DNA of 64,000 nucleotides from Octopus sinensis (taxonomy: Eukaryota): assembly GCF_006345805.1 (NCBI RefSeq), contig NC_043000.1, forward strand, positions 68,696,001-68,760,000, read 5' to 3'. How positions within the stretch are numbered: the first letter of the stretch is position 1; every line of letters starts with the position of its first letter. Shown here piece after piece: positions 26,199 to 39,484 of the stretch. The notes beneath the pieces are model-generated. The model was not told the origin of the DNA. It worked only from the letters and a program-made list of their open reading frames with translations, and ran no database searches. Both the position numbers and the translations under genes were made by a program.

Positions 26199-29100
26199 TT
26201 ACAGACGAATATTCAGAGTAGGCCCATTCACACGAGCCATCTTCGTAACATTCACTCACCTTTCAACAAACTTACTGGTGGGAACAGTACTTTCCTCTCT
26301 ACCCTCACTTTCCTTTTCAAGTGGAACTTGTAAAAGTCAATGAGGGCTCGGCCAAAGAGGAAAGTGTGTCTTCAGTCCTTTAAACCCTGTCCACCACACT
26401 TCTTCCTTCACTATAGCCACCAGGCAGAGGAAAACTGCCTTTCCCTCCCGGCCAAAAGAAGGTGACGGGGCGATCCTCACAGTGGACTCGGCTGATAACC
26501 GGATCCGTCCTACACATAACGACAGCTGTTCGACAAAGCTCCACGGGTCAGTAACGCACGGGCACTGGACGAGTGCATGCAAGACGGTTTCATCACCCTA
26601 CGCACATCTCGGAAAGGTCCGTATGACAGCACTTCCGTGTCTGTAGAGCCTGTCTCAAACCGGTAGCACTGTTAGGTCAGGGATTTCTGGAGGTTATCCA
26701 TAGTCCCTGGCCCAAAAGTCCTCCGAAAAAGACCAGTTAGTTGATCCCTCTCGACGCCCAGAGCTTCCTGAGTATGTCAGGTCTCTTTCCCTCCACTAAT
26801 TCCCTATAGAACACCATGGTGGAATTTCCACTGAGCGCGTTGCCCGACTGGTAGAAGGCCGTGAGCGCTTGCCGACACTCCAAGTGCTAAGCGCCCTTTC
26901 TTGGTCTACGCTTGACCCACAAATGTAGCTCCATCAATGAGACGAGCTGCAGAAAGTCCCTTTTGATGAGTGGCGACCACACCTGCTCACATTTAAGGAA
27001 ACTCTGGCAATGTCGCAGTCTCAGCGCATGCTTGCGCATTGGTAGCCACGGTGTACCCAGTCTTCTACTCAGCGACTGTTGACAACAGTTGGACCATCTG
27101 ACGAATGGAACATATCTCTTCCATAGGAAGTGGAAGAGCAAGCGTCCCAGCTTTATCAGGCACGAAGTGGAGCAAGGGACGACAGTCAGACAGTAGTAGA
27201 TGACAGAAGCGATGTACTCATTCGTGACTCCACCCGACCCTTCAGGGACAGCTTCCTCTCTGCCTATTTCTGGGTGAGATTGGCAACCCTATTCGTCACC
27301 TCCCCCAAGTTCTTATCTACCTAAAGATCTAGACTAAACCAGACCCCGAGCAATTTAACCGGTCCTTCCGTCTAATACTCTACCTTGCTGTCGGTTGGCA
27401 TGGACTTGCCTCTCCAGGTGCTGAGCTGCGAGCCCACCGACTTCTCCTGGTTGATACTTGCTCCTGTTACCGCTTCGTACTCCCTTAGAACGGTGCCGAC
27501 CACCTCGATTTCCGACACTATTACAGTGACGTCGTCCACGTAAGCCGACACGAACCTTCTAGTGCTCCCCGAAACCACCAGCTACCGCAGCACTGATTCG
27601 GGAGTCAGTACGTACAGAAGAGGCGAGAATGAGCACCTTTGATGGACCGAACAAGCGATGCTAAGCGATTCTGAAAGGTGGCCATTTACTTTGACCGCCG
27701 AACAGATGTCGCTGTACACTGCAGCGATCCAGCCTCTGAAAATGGGATCGAAACCTGCTACCACGAGAACAGCTTCCGAGTATTGGTGGTCGACCTTATC
27801 AATAGGTTTCGACTGATCCAAATTGATCAGGACCCCACCCATGCCAGGTTCCTTATCCATCCTATCTATGATGTTGCGTGTGAGGTGGAGGTTGTCATGG
27901 ATAGGTTGTTTGGGATAGCGCATGTCTGCTCGTCACCAACCAGCTTATCGACAAGGCCAACCTCTTGGCTAGCACCTTGGCCAAAATCTTATAATCTGCA
28001 TTCAGCAGAGTTATAGGCCTAAAATTATCTAATTGGTCCCCCTTGTTCGGGTCCTTCTTCAACAGCACCACCATTCCACGCCTCACAGCACTGGGAGTTC
28101 TCCCGTTCTGCTGCCAATTTTGATAGACGTCTGCCAAGAGACCACCTGACAAGTCTGATGTATAAAAATAAGGCTCGAAGGGCAGACCATCTCGCTCCAG
28201 TGACTTCTCTCTTGCGCAGGCCTTCATCGCATTCTGTATATCTTCAACTGTTATCGGTATTTCGCAGGACTCCGCATCTCTGCCCGGGAAGCGCAGCATT
28301 TCACTGAGATAGGAGGTGAAATCCACCACTGTCCCAGAACCACCGCGCGTCCCATACAGTTCGGCGAAGTACCACTGAAATTCCGCATACATTTGCTTTG
28401 ACTCGGTTATCATGCACCCATCACAGTTCGCCAAAGAGCAAATTCTTGCTTTGTTTCCACGAAGCGCCTCTACCACCCAGGCCCAGCGAACGGCTTTCGT
28501 CCCTCCCATCTCAGTGCACGCTTCCTTACTAAAACTTACCGCCTCTATTCTAATAGTCCTTTCCAGGGCTATCCGCAACGGCTGTTGACGATTGCGCTCA
28601 TCAGTTCTCGATGGACTTACTCGCTAAACCGGTCTCTGAAAGCTTGGCGCGCCGGGAAGGACGTGTTCAACTTCCAGTATCCAGGGCTCTACCTATGGAT
28701 CCTATCTATGTTGACCGTGCAAATCACAAATTTATGGTCCGTGTGGCCGACGACTTTGAAACGTGGACAACTTATACTACTATCTGCAGGCCTACATAAT
28801 ACTCTATGTAGGAACGATCTAGAAGACTTGATGCGGTTCGCCCATGTCCACATTGGCACATTCGGGAAATCCAGTCGGTACCTGTCAGCCAACTGAAAAC
28901 GACTGAGCAGGTTTGTGAGACTTTTACTCCCTTCTCCTATCACCTCTCCCCACCCTATCCAGGCGTGCGTCCAAGATGGCGTTCCAGTCACTCACTAACA
29001 TTAAAGAGCGTGACGTCTCAACGAAAACCTATAAACGTCTGAAGAAATCTGGCTGGCCCGCCCCCGTGGGGGCATAAAGAACGACTAGTCTAAAGGCTCC

Positions 29101-29359
29101 ACCTTCATGTCGCTCACGTCCAGGACCACCAATTTACCCCCCGGATCCAGGAAAATCGTCCGAGCTTCGAGATTCAGGCCTTTCCTAAACAGTGCTACTA
29201 CTCTGCCTCCCATTACGTCGAATATTGGGTGCAAGATCGCGAGTGTCGGAAATCCTGGTTTTATTGGTTGCTATCAAATCCACACCTAGCTACCTGAAGT
29301 CATTGAGCGAGTGACCTCAGGCCGCGAACATTTATGCAGCCCACTTTGACAATCGCCAT
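26199..29359 (-). pseudogene. Tx1 ORF2 (APE endonuclease + reverse transcriptase), many stops and frameshifts
   Basis: ORF-track pieces 28689-28991, 27895-28578, 27582-27923, 27372-27578, 26887-27141 and 26337-26582 are collinear ORF2 segments. Confidence 0.9.
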
Positions 29360-29399
29360 GACGGCTCGAAAAGGCTGAGGAAAAGAAAAATATGCTGTT

Positions 29400-31024
29400 G
29401 GCAGCCCGGTGACCCGGGTTCTGGATATGGTGCCTCTGAAAAGCCGGCTAAATGCCTCTTGGTGGCGCGGACGTTTGGTCTTCCAACGTCTTGCGGGAAG
29501 TCCCTCTCAATTTCATTCTATAGTGTGAGGGGTAACCGAATTTACATTAAATTATCCAAAACCCTAAGGTTACTGGTGTCATAAGTTGCACCCTCTCTCT
29601 CAATTTGCTTGTTTTGGGCTATAAGAGTCAACAAAATTTTGTTGGTTCTCCTCACGAGCATATAATTCGGTGTTTCTGTATTGACTGTGAGCTCTCTTTT
29701 GGGGGCTGTGTATGTTTGTAGATGCATTGGTGGCTTTGGTTGGCATAGTGGGGAAGATAGTGCTGGTGTTGTTTTTGCTGTGTCTATGTTCGATGTGTTG
29801 AAGGTTTCTGTGTTTTCGTCTGTTGATGTAGGCTCTTTTGTTTTCTGTTTCCTTTGTCTTTTCGTTTTTTTTATTACTTTGTGGGGTTTTCCTCGTCCTT
29901 ACGACAGGATGTGTAGTAGATAGTGTCTGTATGGTCTGTCTCGAGGAGTGTGAGTGTGTCTGTGATAGTGTGGGTGTGCCTGTGTCAGTGTATGCTTGAG
30001 AGAGTGATGAGTGAGGTTGGTAGACAGATACTCTGGATGGTTTCCCCCGCTGTATGGAGTTCATGTAGCTCTGTTGATGTTATTGTGGGTGAGGCTGCAG
30101 TTCTATTAAAAGGTATTTGTTGTTGGAGGTTGCTGTAGGCTGCAGGTTGCCGCGCAGCCCCTGACTTTTGGAGGCGGAAGGATCTCAGATGGCTTGTGAC
30201 CCAACAAGTGTCACAATTGGGCTTCCTGCTTTACACGATGACATGCAGTTCCACCCGTTAGGCAGCAGGATCAGATCCGAGATATTGACGAAATTCTCTG
30301 GTTTCATATGGATGAATATTTCTAAGTTGATCCTGAACCAGTTCTCCCTGCTGCTTCTTTTTTACATCCAAGAGTGACTCTGGGTCCTGCACCGCACAAG
30401 CAACAATCCACCAGTCGTTTACATCTGGTGGCACACCGTTTACCCTAATTCTCGTCGTTCTCTTCGAGAGATAGGTGGGATACAGGACCCACTCCTCAGT
30501 CCACCGGGGTGACACTGCGTGTCTTTAGCGAGGTCCTCACTTTTAATGCTGGAAAACTTCCTCCCCCTCTGTATGTGAGTCACATCTATTAAAATTTCGC
30601 TGAGGGCCTTCTCGACGAGACTGATGGAAGCTATTTCAGATCTCCTACTTTTCTGTGATACGCATTTAAAATATCCTTTTTTTCTTTTGCCCCTATTATT
30701 TCGGGAGGTACGAGCACTGATGCCTTACCCCCGTCAACTTTGATGATGTCTTTTGCTTTTGAAAGTTCTCGAATTTTGTTCTCGAGAAGAATTATAAACA
30801 TTTCTTTCTTTGTATTTGCTACATGAGCAAACCTCTTGTTTTTGTTATTGATGTAGTCGACGTTGCTGTTGTTGTTGTTACTGCTGTAGATGTTAGTGGT
30901 GATGGTGGTGGAGTTGTGGCCAGTTCCACCGTTATCACTCTCCACACCACCGTCACCACCTTCAATTGTAGTATTATTTTCTCCGCTAAAATCCATTGTG
31001 TTCTGAATTGCGTTGCTGTTGCAA

Positions 31025-31071
<47 letters not shown>

Positions 31072-31299
31072 ACGTCGCTGTTTCCGCCGCCGCCGTCGCT
31101 GTTTCCGTCGCCGCCGTCGCTGCTATCATTGCCGTCACTGCTGTCGCCAATGTTTTCACTGCTGCTACTACTTTGAACTTTTCCACCCTTCCTTTTCTCC
31201 TCCACCTCTCCTATAATGTCAGAAACGGAGGGAAGAAAAGGGAAATCTTCAGCATTCAAAAAAATTTTTTTCAGGAGGGGTAGTTTTTTTCCCCGCCAT
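29400..31299 (-). pseudogene. Tx1 ORF1 (gag-like) with low-complexity N- and C-termini
   Basis: Pieces 30819-31259, 30631-30996 and 30258-30515, plus a degraded knuckle near 30,200. The C-terminal boundary is approximate. Confidence 0.7.
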
Positions 31300-31573
31300 C
31301 TTGTTTATTTATATTGGATTAAAATGCCCACCGAATTTATTTGGGGCCGAATATACCCATGCTAGAGGCTTAACAAACACAGAAAATCCATGACAGGTTC
31401 TTGGTGTTTCTATTAACAAACTAGAACACTGTTTAAACGAAAAAAAAAACGGTAACAAACGGGTGTAAACTAAAATTTTAAACAGAACTTACTTCGGGCG
31501 TTTGAGAATACGTCTGTCCTGTTCCGCAGCAAATATAATAATAATAATAATAATAGTGATAATAATAATAATG

Positions 31574-31616
<43 letters not shown>

Positions 31617-31617
<1 letters not shown>

Positions 31618-31828
31618 CCTTTCTACCAAAGGCACAGAGCCTGAAATGTTGGGGAGGGGACTAGTCGGTTACATTGACCCAGTGTTTTACTGGTACTTAA
31701 TTTATCGACCTCGAAATGATAAAAGGCAAAGTCGACCTCGGTGAAATTTGAACTCAGAACGTAGCAACGGGCGAAATACTGATAAGCGTTTCGTGAAGCG
31801 AGCTAACGATTCTACTAGCTCGCCGCCT
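31617..31828 (-). mobile_element. Meta-type SINE
   Basis: cctttctaccaaaggcacagagcctg...gtcgacctcggtgaaatttgaactc...ctcgccgcc. Confidence 0.87.
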
Positions 31829-32290
31829 TAATAATAATAATAATAATATAATAATAATAATAATATAATAATAATAATAACAATAACGATGATGATGATG
31901 ATGATGATTAGGACACTGAAAGAGTGTTTAGATTTAATGTGTAAATAGAGTTACAACCTTATGTTTAATAGACATGTTTTGGTGTGGAAATACACTCCGT
32001 GGTTAAGCTACATATCTCTCAACAACCAGAACGAATGAACGGATCGTTTACAAATTGGATATTACATGTGTGTGAGTGCGCGTACGCATGTGCATGCGTA
32101 CGTATGCGTTTGCACACATAATATTCATGTAAAAAACTATTTTTATGATCGACATACTAGTGACTATCTATCCATCTACAGTATCTATCTATCTATCTAT
32201 CTATATGGCTGTCTATCTATTTATCAGTTTGTTAGTCTGTCGGCTTGTCTGTCTAGCTAGCTAGCGAGCAATGTGTGTAAGAGTGTGTTT

Positions 32291-32344
<54 letters not shown>

Positions 32345-32737
32345 CATACATACATACATACACATACATACACTCACACACACATTTATATGTACACACA
32401 GTAATATCTGTGGACATAAATATATGTAATTTGTATATACATATGTGAACAACCCTTGTAAAATCCTATCCTCCCATAGGGAGCATTAATGTAGTTGATA
32501 TTTAGATTAAACTGACATGTCTTGGAAAAACACGCAGAATAAAGATGTTCCAGAAAAAAAGAAAAGAAAAGAAAAAGGTCGTTACGGTGGATTTGAATGA
32601 TTTGGTTGAAGGGATTATTTGACCGTCTGATTAATGAAACATTGCAAGAATAATGCAAATATGGCTGGTTGATATCGCTAATGTACATATCTAGGTAGTT
32701 CATGTTAATAAGAACTAATATTGCTGTTATAGATAAG

Positions 32738-32950
32738 CAGGTGAGCTGACAAAATCGTTACCGCGCCGGCAAAAATGCTGAACAGGATTTATTTCGACTT
32801 TACGTTCTGAGTTCGAATTCCACCGCGGTCGACTTTGTCTTTCGTTCTTTCAGAGCCGATAAAATAAGTACCACTTGAACACTAGGGTTTATGTCATCGA
32901 CTTACCGCCACCCCCAAAATCACTAGCATTGTGCCAGAATTTGAGACCAA
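32738..32950 (+). mobile_element. Meta-type SINE
   Basis: caggtgagctgacaaaatcgttacc...gagttcgaattcc...gataaaataagtacc. Confidence 0.82.
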
Positions 32951-34269
32951 TATAGTAGTAATAGACAGAAGAGATAAATGGAAAATGCAGAGAATCAACA
33001 ATTAAATGGTTGTAACATACTGTTGAATGGAGGCTTACTACCCAGTCGGGTGGGTATTTTTACGATTCAGAGTGTCACGAGTAGTCAAGCCATCATAAAT
33101 AGAAAATTCTGCTTTCACTGAGCGAATAAGAAATACTCGACTGATGACGCTTATAAATGCAGTACAAGGTGGCACATGTGTATCATCTCATCATGGACCC
33201 TATTAAAACTTTCTACTATGGCAATTGTCTTCTTAAAAAGGACAAAATAGATCGACGAGGAAGTTTTATATGTGGTCGGTCGAGTTTTATATGTGGTCGA
33301 CGAGGAAGTTTTATATGTAGCCATCATACAAACTAAAGGACACATTAGACAATGTGATCCGGCATAAACCTGGAAAACAGTTTGAGTGTCTTTCATTATT
33401 TATCTGCGTCATCGGAGTTCACCAGATACTTAATATCGTCAACAAAAACAAGAATATATTCAGAGTCCAAAGCTCCGATTTAGTTACGTCGTTAGACCTT
33501 CAGACAAAATGCCTTGCGGTATTCATTTCGAATCTTTGCATTTAGAGTTCAAATCCTGCTGAGATCAACTTTACCTTTCATGTTTATGAATCGATAAAAA
33601 AAGTACCAATCTAGGTCAGTTACCTGCCAGAATCCTTGGATAAAGCTTCTTTATCGATTAGTTTCTGGACTTAGACTCATTTGATACCACAATTTTTACT
33701 TCGTTAGTTTATTCTTTTAAAAAAGTACACGGAGGTATGGTGCTGCGCTAATATCGTGAGTGTTCATTTACTTTTGAAATTGACCAATCCTGAATTACTC
33801 GCCAGTGGTAAACTGTAAATAAAAATTTTTAAAAAAACATGTAAGCGAAACCAAATCAAATAGCTACAGTAATGGTGATTAAATCTTCAACGATACCTTA
33901 TTCACATTAATATGTCTTCAGAGTGACGCACTATAGATAACAAATACACTATGAAGTTTTACGAAGACACCTGAACAATTTTGCAGGTGTATACGACCAA
34001 GAAATATCATAGTTGCAACATATATTACACACCGCTATTAATTGTATCAATTTTAGGTCATCTCTCACGAGATACGACCCATTTTGACACTTTTCTTAGC
34101 AACAGAAAAAAATATAACGACTCTCTCCTCTCCCACCACTCTCTCTAGTTTCCGAACGTGAGTGTGTGTGTGTTTGCGCGTGTGTGTACAATACATAACG
34201 CTAGCTTATATAGTTATCACAAAAATATCGTTCCTAATTCTGGTACCGCGATAATAATAATTTTTTACT

Positions 34270-34440
34270 ATAAGCACAAGGTCGATGACATTAACCCCAG
34301 TACTCGACTGGTACTTGTTTTATTGACCCCACCAAGAGTGAAAAGTAAAGTTGACCCCGGTTGATTTGAACTCAGAACATAAAGGCAGAAGGAATGCCGC
34401 TAAGCATTGTGTCCGGCGGGCTAACAATTCTGCCAGCTTA
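34270..34440 (-). mobile_element. Meta-type SINE, internally deleted
   Basis: Core and head motifs visible on the minus strand. Confidence 0.78.
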
Positions 34441-35490
34441 CCTTTTAGTATGCATCTCATTTTAACATCAAACTTACGAAATATTTCATTCACTTGAAAT
34501 TTTCACGAAAGATAGATATATCTAAATATGTGTAAAATATCGTGTCTCAACTTTTTGCTAATCTTCTATAATAAATATTTCAATACACTTGTTCTTATGG
34601 GAGACGTTTTGAATATGCATATAAAAGCTTCTATTCTCTTATGCCGGCTATAGCCTAATGATGCCAACTGTTATCATTAGGACATCTATCCGATGTCCAT
34701 GGATATTACGGACTACCCTGTAATCATCCCACGAATGCGGACTATGATCTTAGGAAACATAATTTGTGGAAACGCACGCAGCGATGTAATAAAACCTCAT
34801 AGTAATTCTGCTAGTCACACCGTTACTTAGCCCATCTGTAACGCTTCCATGGGATTAGTTGAAGGGTAGGGAGGAGGGAAGACGTGACAGTGAGTAAAAT
34901 GTACAAATTTTTAAACTATCTTTTTTTCTCTGTTACTTAGCTCGTCTGTAATGCCTTCACGTGATTAGTTGAAAGGAATGGCGAAGAGCGAAAGAGAAAG
35001 GGGAGAGAGAGAGAGTGAGGCGAAGAGTGAGAGAGAAAGAAGAGGAGTGCTGTCCATTAAGTCTATAAAATTGTAAAGAAAGTGTATAATGTGTATATAT
35101 AAAGTGCATTAAGTAATCATTGTATTCCGATTTCCTTCACTTTTCAGTGAGTAACAGATGAGCGACTATCTTTTGATACAGACACACTTTCAGGTCTTTT
35201 GGATAAAGTTTTCAGAAATAACCCAATAAGTTCACCATTAATTCCGTGTAATATTCACGGGTCCCGCTAATATTTATAAATTCCATCCAAGGATTATTAT
35301 TGTTGTCATTTATATTTACATATATATAGTATGCTTTCCATTTCATCCTATTAATGAAATTTTTAATGTTATTTATTAAACACACGCATACACACACATA
35401 TTTTAGGGCTATTTTTCAAAATTGATGGGGATAATTGGAATATGGAATAAATCATACAAACATAATTTGTGGAAATATAAGAGAGAGAGT

Positions 35491-35528
<38 letters not shown>

Positions 35529-36329
35529 TCGACTTTTCTATAGAGAAATATAGACAGAACTAAGCCTATTGCAGAAATTACAGAAATAAAAGCAATTCAG
35601 AAATTGAGAATAAAAAAAGCCTGAAAAACAATTAAATTGTGGAAAAATTAGATGAAACCTATAATCAGCGCATTCGCACAGAGTCAAATTTTATCACAAA
35701 ATATAAATCTCTTTTGAATGCATCCACCACAAATGTCACTACTGCAAATACCCACGCAAATATTAAAAACGATATATTCAGAACAGTCACTACCCATGAA
35801 TTTATTCAGAACATTTTCAATCACCACTGTTACAAGCACAACAGGTCACTTTTAGGTCACTTGACCATTTAAGAGGATTCCACCAACATCCTACAACTAT
35901 CATACCGCTCCCGTATTTTTCTAAATTCTTTCTCTTCTTTTCCCCCTCCTCCTCCTCCTCCTCCTTCTTCTTCTTCTTCTTCTTCTTCTTCTTCTTCGCC
36001 ACCTTCCTCGGCTACTGCTGCTTAAACAATCAAAACCAAGAACTCATATCAAATATTCTTTTAGGACTGCTACTACCTACTACCAAGATTTCACAAGAGT
36101 AAGAAAGAGATACAGACAGACAGAAAAGGGAAAATGTCTCTCGTATTTAAAAACTATGAAAATATTTTTTAAAAACATTTAATTTAATTTTTCCACAATT
36201 TAATTGTTTTTCATGCTTTACTCTAAGTTGAAAAAGTTGCAAAGGCTGAAACCAGTACTAAAATGTTCTTCATGATAAAATTATTTTAGCATTTTCTACC
36301 TTGTCTTATTTTCCTTATACATATCAACT

Positions 36330-36835
36330 CGTGTGTTCCTTTTCAACCTTCCGTATATATATTAGCTTCATTTCTTTCAAGCCTTCGATATCCTTTGAGG
36401 TCACAACCCATATTTCACTGCCGTGTAGCAATGGCTATTCACATACAGGCATCATACAATCTACCTTTCACTCTGAGGGAGAGGCTTTTTGTTACCAACA
36501 AAGTAGAAGCTCTTTGAACTTTGCCCAGACCATTGTTATTCTAACAGCTATGCTCTCAGAGCATCCAATTCCGCTGCTGACTTTGTCACCTAGAGAACGG
36601 AAGCTATCAACTACTTCTAGGTATCCCCTCTGGTATTTGATGGAGTCTATCTTCTGTCCATTTCTAGTGTTTGATGTACCAGCACATCTGCCACACACAA
36701 AAACTATTTTCCCTGTTAACCTTCCTCTGATATTGCTGCACCACTGATGTGTCCATAACTTGCACTGGGTAATCTTATGGAGTTTCTACCTAGGCCTTTT
36801 CTACATCTACAGAGCCATCTACCTGAAAGAATTTG
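36330..36835 (-). mobile_element. RTE-X-type LINE RT fragment with Cys-rich insert
   Basis: CRKGLGRNSIRLPSAKLWTHQWCSNIRGRLTGKIVFVCGRC followed by LEVVDSFRSLGDKVSSGIGCSESIAVRITMVWAKFKELL. Confidence 0.8.
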
Positions 36836-37340
36836 TGATTTGTCTGCTTTACTACTTACTAAGACTTTGGTTTTTGCTAAATTAACTATAAGGCCCTTTG
36901 ATTCTGGAACTTACTTCCACACCTGAAATTTCCTTTTTCTTTTATATATATAAGTTTAAAAGCATGTGATAAATGCACAATCAAACGGAAACAGACACAG
37001 AAGTTCACCAAGTGCTCATCAGTTATCAGCCAGAAGGTCAAACGCAATTTTGTGCCATAACAATAATATCGAATCCCCTCTGGTGGCGCTGACGACGCGA
37101 AACCGCCGGAAAATGGCGAGCCAACGAGTATGGGACCAAACATAACAGAAAATTAACAAACAAACAAGAAATAAACAACTATGCGATACAGAAAGTGAAC
37201 ATACAAATGTGGAATAAATATAATTCAAGACGAGATAATTCGTGGAAAGGCGATGGACAAAGACGAAAACAAACAGGATGACATATGGACATACGAACGA
37301 AGTGAAATACAGAGGATACGGCCTTAGAGCCAGACAGGAG

Positions 37341-37377
<37 letters not shown>

Positions 37378-37709
37378 TTGCATACATATTCATGTGTGTG
37401 CGTCTGTGTGTGTGTGTGCGCGCGTGTGTGGGTGTGTGTAGGTGCCTGTATGTGTGCACGCATGTGTACTGGTACATATACACCAATGCATGTGCAAATT
37501 CACATATAAAGCATTCTGAATTTGTTGCATATCTATTGACTTGTAGAAGAACCCGCTGTGTTGTAATACAAGCTAGAAAGGAGCAATTTGAGAATTGGCT
37601 GGTATTTCGAACATGTCTAGCTACCACGTAGAGGTTTCGTTTGTCGGTTCGTACATACAATATATATATTCGTTTGTCGGTTAGTACACACACATATATA
37701 TATATATAT

Positions 37710-37921
37710 ATAGTTAATCCAAACAAGAAAACACAAAAAAAACACAACAACGCGAGGACGTGGAACAAATATAGTATTATTGGACGCTCAGGAAAGAAAG
37801 GAAGAAGGAGGGTTTAACGTTTCGAGCGAAGCTCTTCGTCGGAAACATAGGAGAAGGAAAGATCCAGAGAAGGGAAGACAGAGGGAAAAAAATCGCCAAC
37901 GGTACACACGAGGTCACATGC
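37710..37921 (-). mobile_element. Solo Penelope-like pseudo-LTR fragment carrying a hammerhead motif
   Basis: T-rich non-coding unit around the HHR at 37,812-37,846. The PLE assignment is inferred from the minimal-HHR architecture. Confidence 0.55.
37812..37846 (-). ncRNA. Minimal type I hammerhead ribozyme motif (U4C core)
   Basis: Minus strand: GUUU-CCGACGA-A-GAGC uuc GCUC-GAAAC-GUU|AAAC. Stem I GUUU/AAAC, stem II 4 bp, palindromic ACGU in place of stem III. Confidence 0.75.
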
Positions 37922-38321
37922 AAATCTCTTATCACAGCCTTCACAACAAACTTAGCGGATAGACACCAGTCACCATTTGCAACAGCTGAAGAACAGAAAA
38001 TGTAAACTATCAGCCCGTTCAGCCGGACCCAGTTTGTTCTGTTCACACTGCCTCGTTAGAGCGCTCTCTCGCACAGAGCTCAGCCAACCGTGGGCTTTCA
38101 GGACAAGTGTAGTTTACGGCAGATTAGCTGCATATACCGATACATTCTGTGACAGGTCAGCTTGTGTCAGTTAGACTAATCCCAATAAACCTTACAGTTA
38201 CCGGTTACTTTTAAACATTTACAGACAGGGTTTCTTGAAAAGGTTCATGTTGTCACACCTTCATAAGCAGCAGTACTCTCACTGGGGGGACATTAATTTC
38301 CAGCAACTGTAAAACCCCCTC

Positions 38322-38420
38322 ATGGCTCCAAGTGACAAACAAAGGAAATATGAAGCTGATTTTAAGCTGAAAGTTGTGCCATACGTCAAGTCACATGACA
38401 ACTGTGCTGCTGCGAGAGAA
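38322..38420 (+). mobile_element. pogo-type transposase N-terminus (Brinker-like DBD) remnant
   Basis: MAPSDKQRKYEADFKLKVVPYVKSHDNCAAARE resembles the pogo R-Y-A-FKLKVV-YA---GN-AAAREF motif. Confidence 0.65.
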
Positions 38421-38444
38421 TAATAAAGGAAGACTTATTAAGGA

Positions 38445-38524
<80 letters not shown>

Positions 38525-39353
38525 TATACAGAACTAAAATAGAAACTAACAATAGAAATCAGTCTAAAATATATACTGGGGCAACCGAATTGAACTTTCG
38601 AATAGCTTTTTTTATAACCTTAAACATTTTTTGTCAGTCGTGATAAAAAAGCGCTACAACTTTGTCGAAATTTACATGGTTCTCATGTGGGGATAATTCT
38701 TACAAATTCAGAATTTTCTGGTCGGTTGTAAATTAGGAACAACCATACAAGAGCGGCAGCTTTATAACAAAAGCGCTGACAGACCTTTGATTGAAAAATT
38801 AATATCTGCTTTGAGTCAGCAACAGTTTGAATAAAAGAACTGAGATGTTAGCAACTTGTAATCACTAAGCTGAGTAACTTTTGTCTGAGTGCCAGCCTGT
38901 GTGACTTTTGACGTGGGTGGGGAGGGAAAGAAACGTTGGTATCAAATTGTTTTTAAAAAAATCCCATAAAGTTTAGCTTAAACAATGCAATTTCATAAGA
39001 GGAAATTTCTTAGATGTTTAAAATCAAAATGCATTGGTAAGTTTAAAAAAAGACGTTTAAGTATTTTCAGGAGATCCACAAATGAAATGAATGATATAAG
39101 CGTTAAATAGTGGTTTTTACATGCGCCGTTCACACGATTTTTTGAAAAAAATACAAAGATAAATGTTTTCCCTCTTTTTTTAAAAAATATTTTAAAATAT
39201 TAAATATTAAATGTTTTAAAATATTTTTGAATGTTTTCGTGTAATATTTCAAAATACATTCAAACAAAGATAATTCAAGAGATTACAAACTGAAAGAATG
39301 GGAAAGTGGATTGCAATTATGAACCTTTGAGTTATTAAAGAATACAGTAAATT

Positions 39354-39411
<58 letters not shown>

Positions 39412-39429
39412 GTGTGTGTGTGTGTGTGT

Positions 39430-39484
<55 letters not shown>

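Larger units (their letters stand above)
25954..31533 (-). mobile_element. Full-length, decayed L1/Tx1-clade LINE (~5.6 kb)
   Basis: 5' UTR; ORF1 from ATG ~31,299; ORF2 from ATG 29,359 (MAIVKVGCINVRGL, APE start) through RT motifs (NFRPITLLNADYKILAKVLA, INLDQSKPIDKVDH, SAYVDDVTVIV) and zf-RVT (HALVQCP) to stop 26,199. The 3' end is caataaagaaa. Confidence 0.92.

Noticed and set aside
33148-33200. CTGATGA hammerhead core word
   Set aside because: No downstream GAAA with supporting stems.
33252-33320. Three ~24-bp direct repeats (tcgacgaggaagttttatatgtgg)
   Set aside because: A short tandem duplication without unique spacers in a eukaryotic context; not a CRISPR array.
37083-37130. CTGACGA-cgc-GAAAC resembling a minizyme
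   Set aside because: No stem II and no correctly placed NUH site; treated as a coincidence within the CpG patch.
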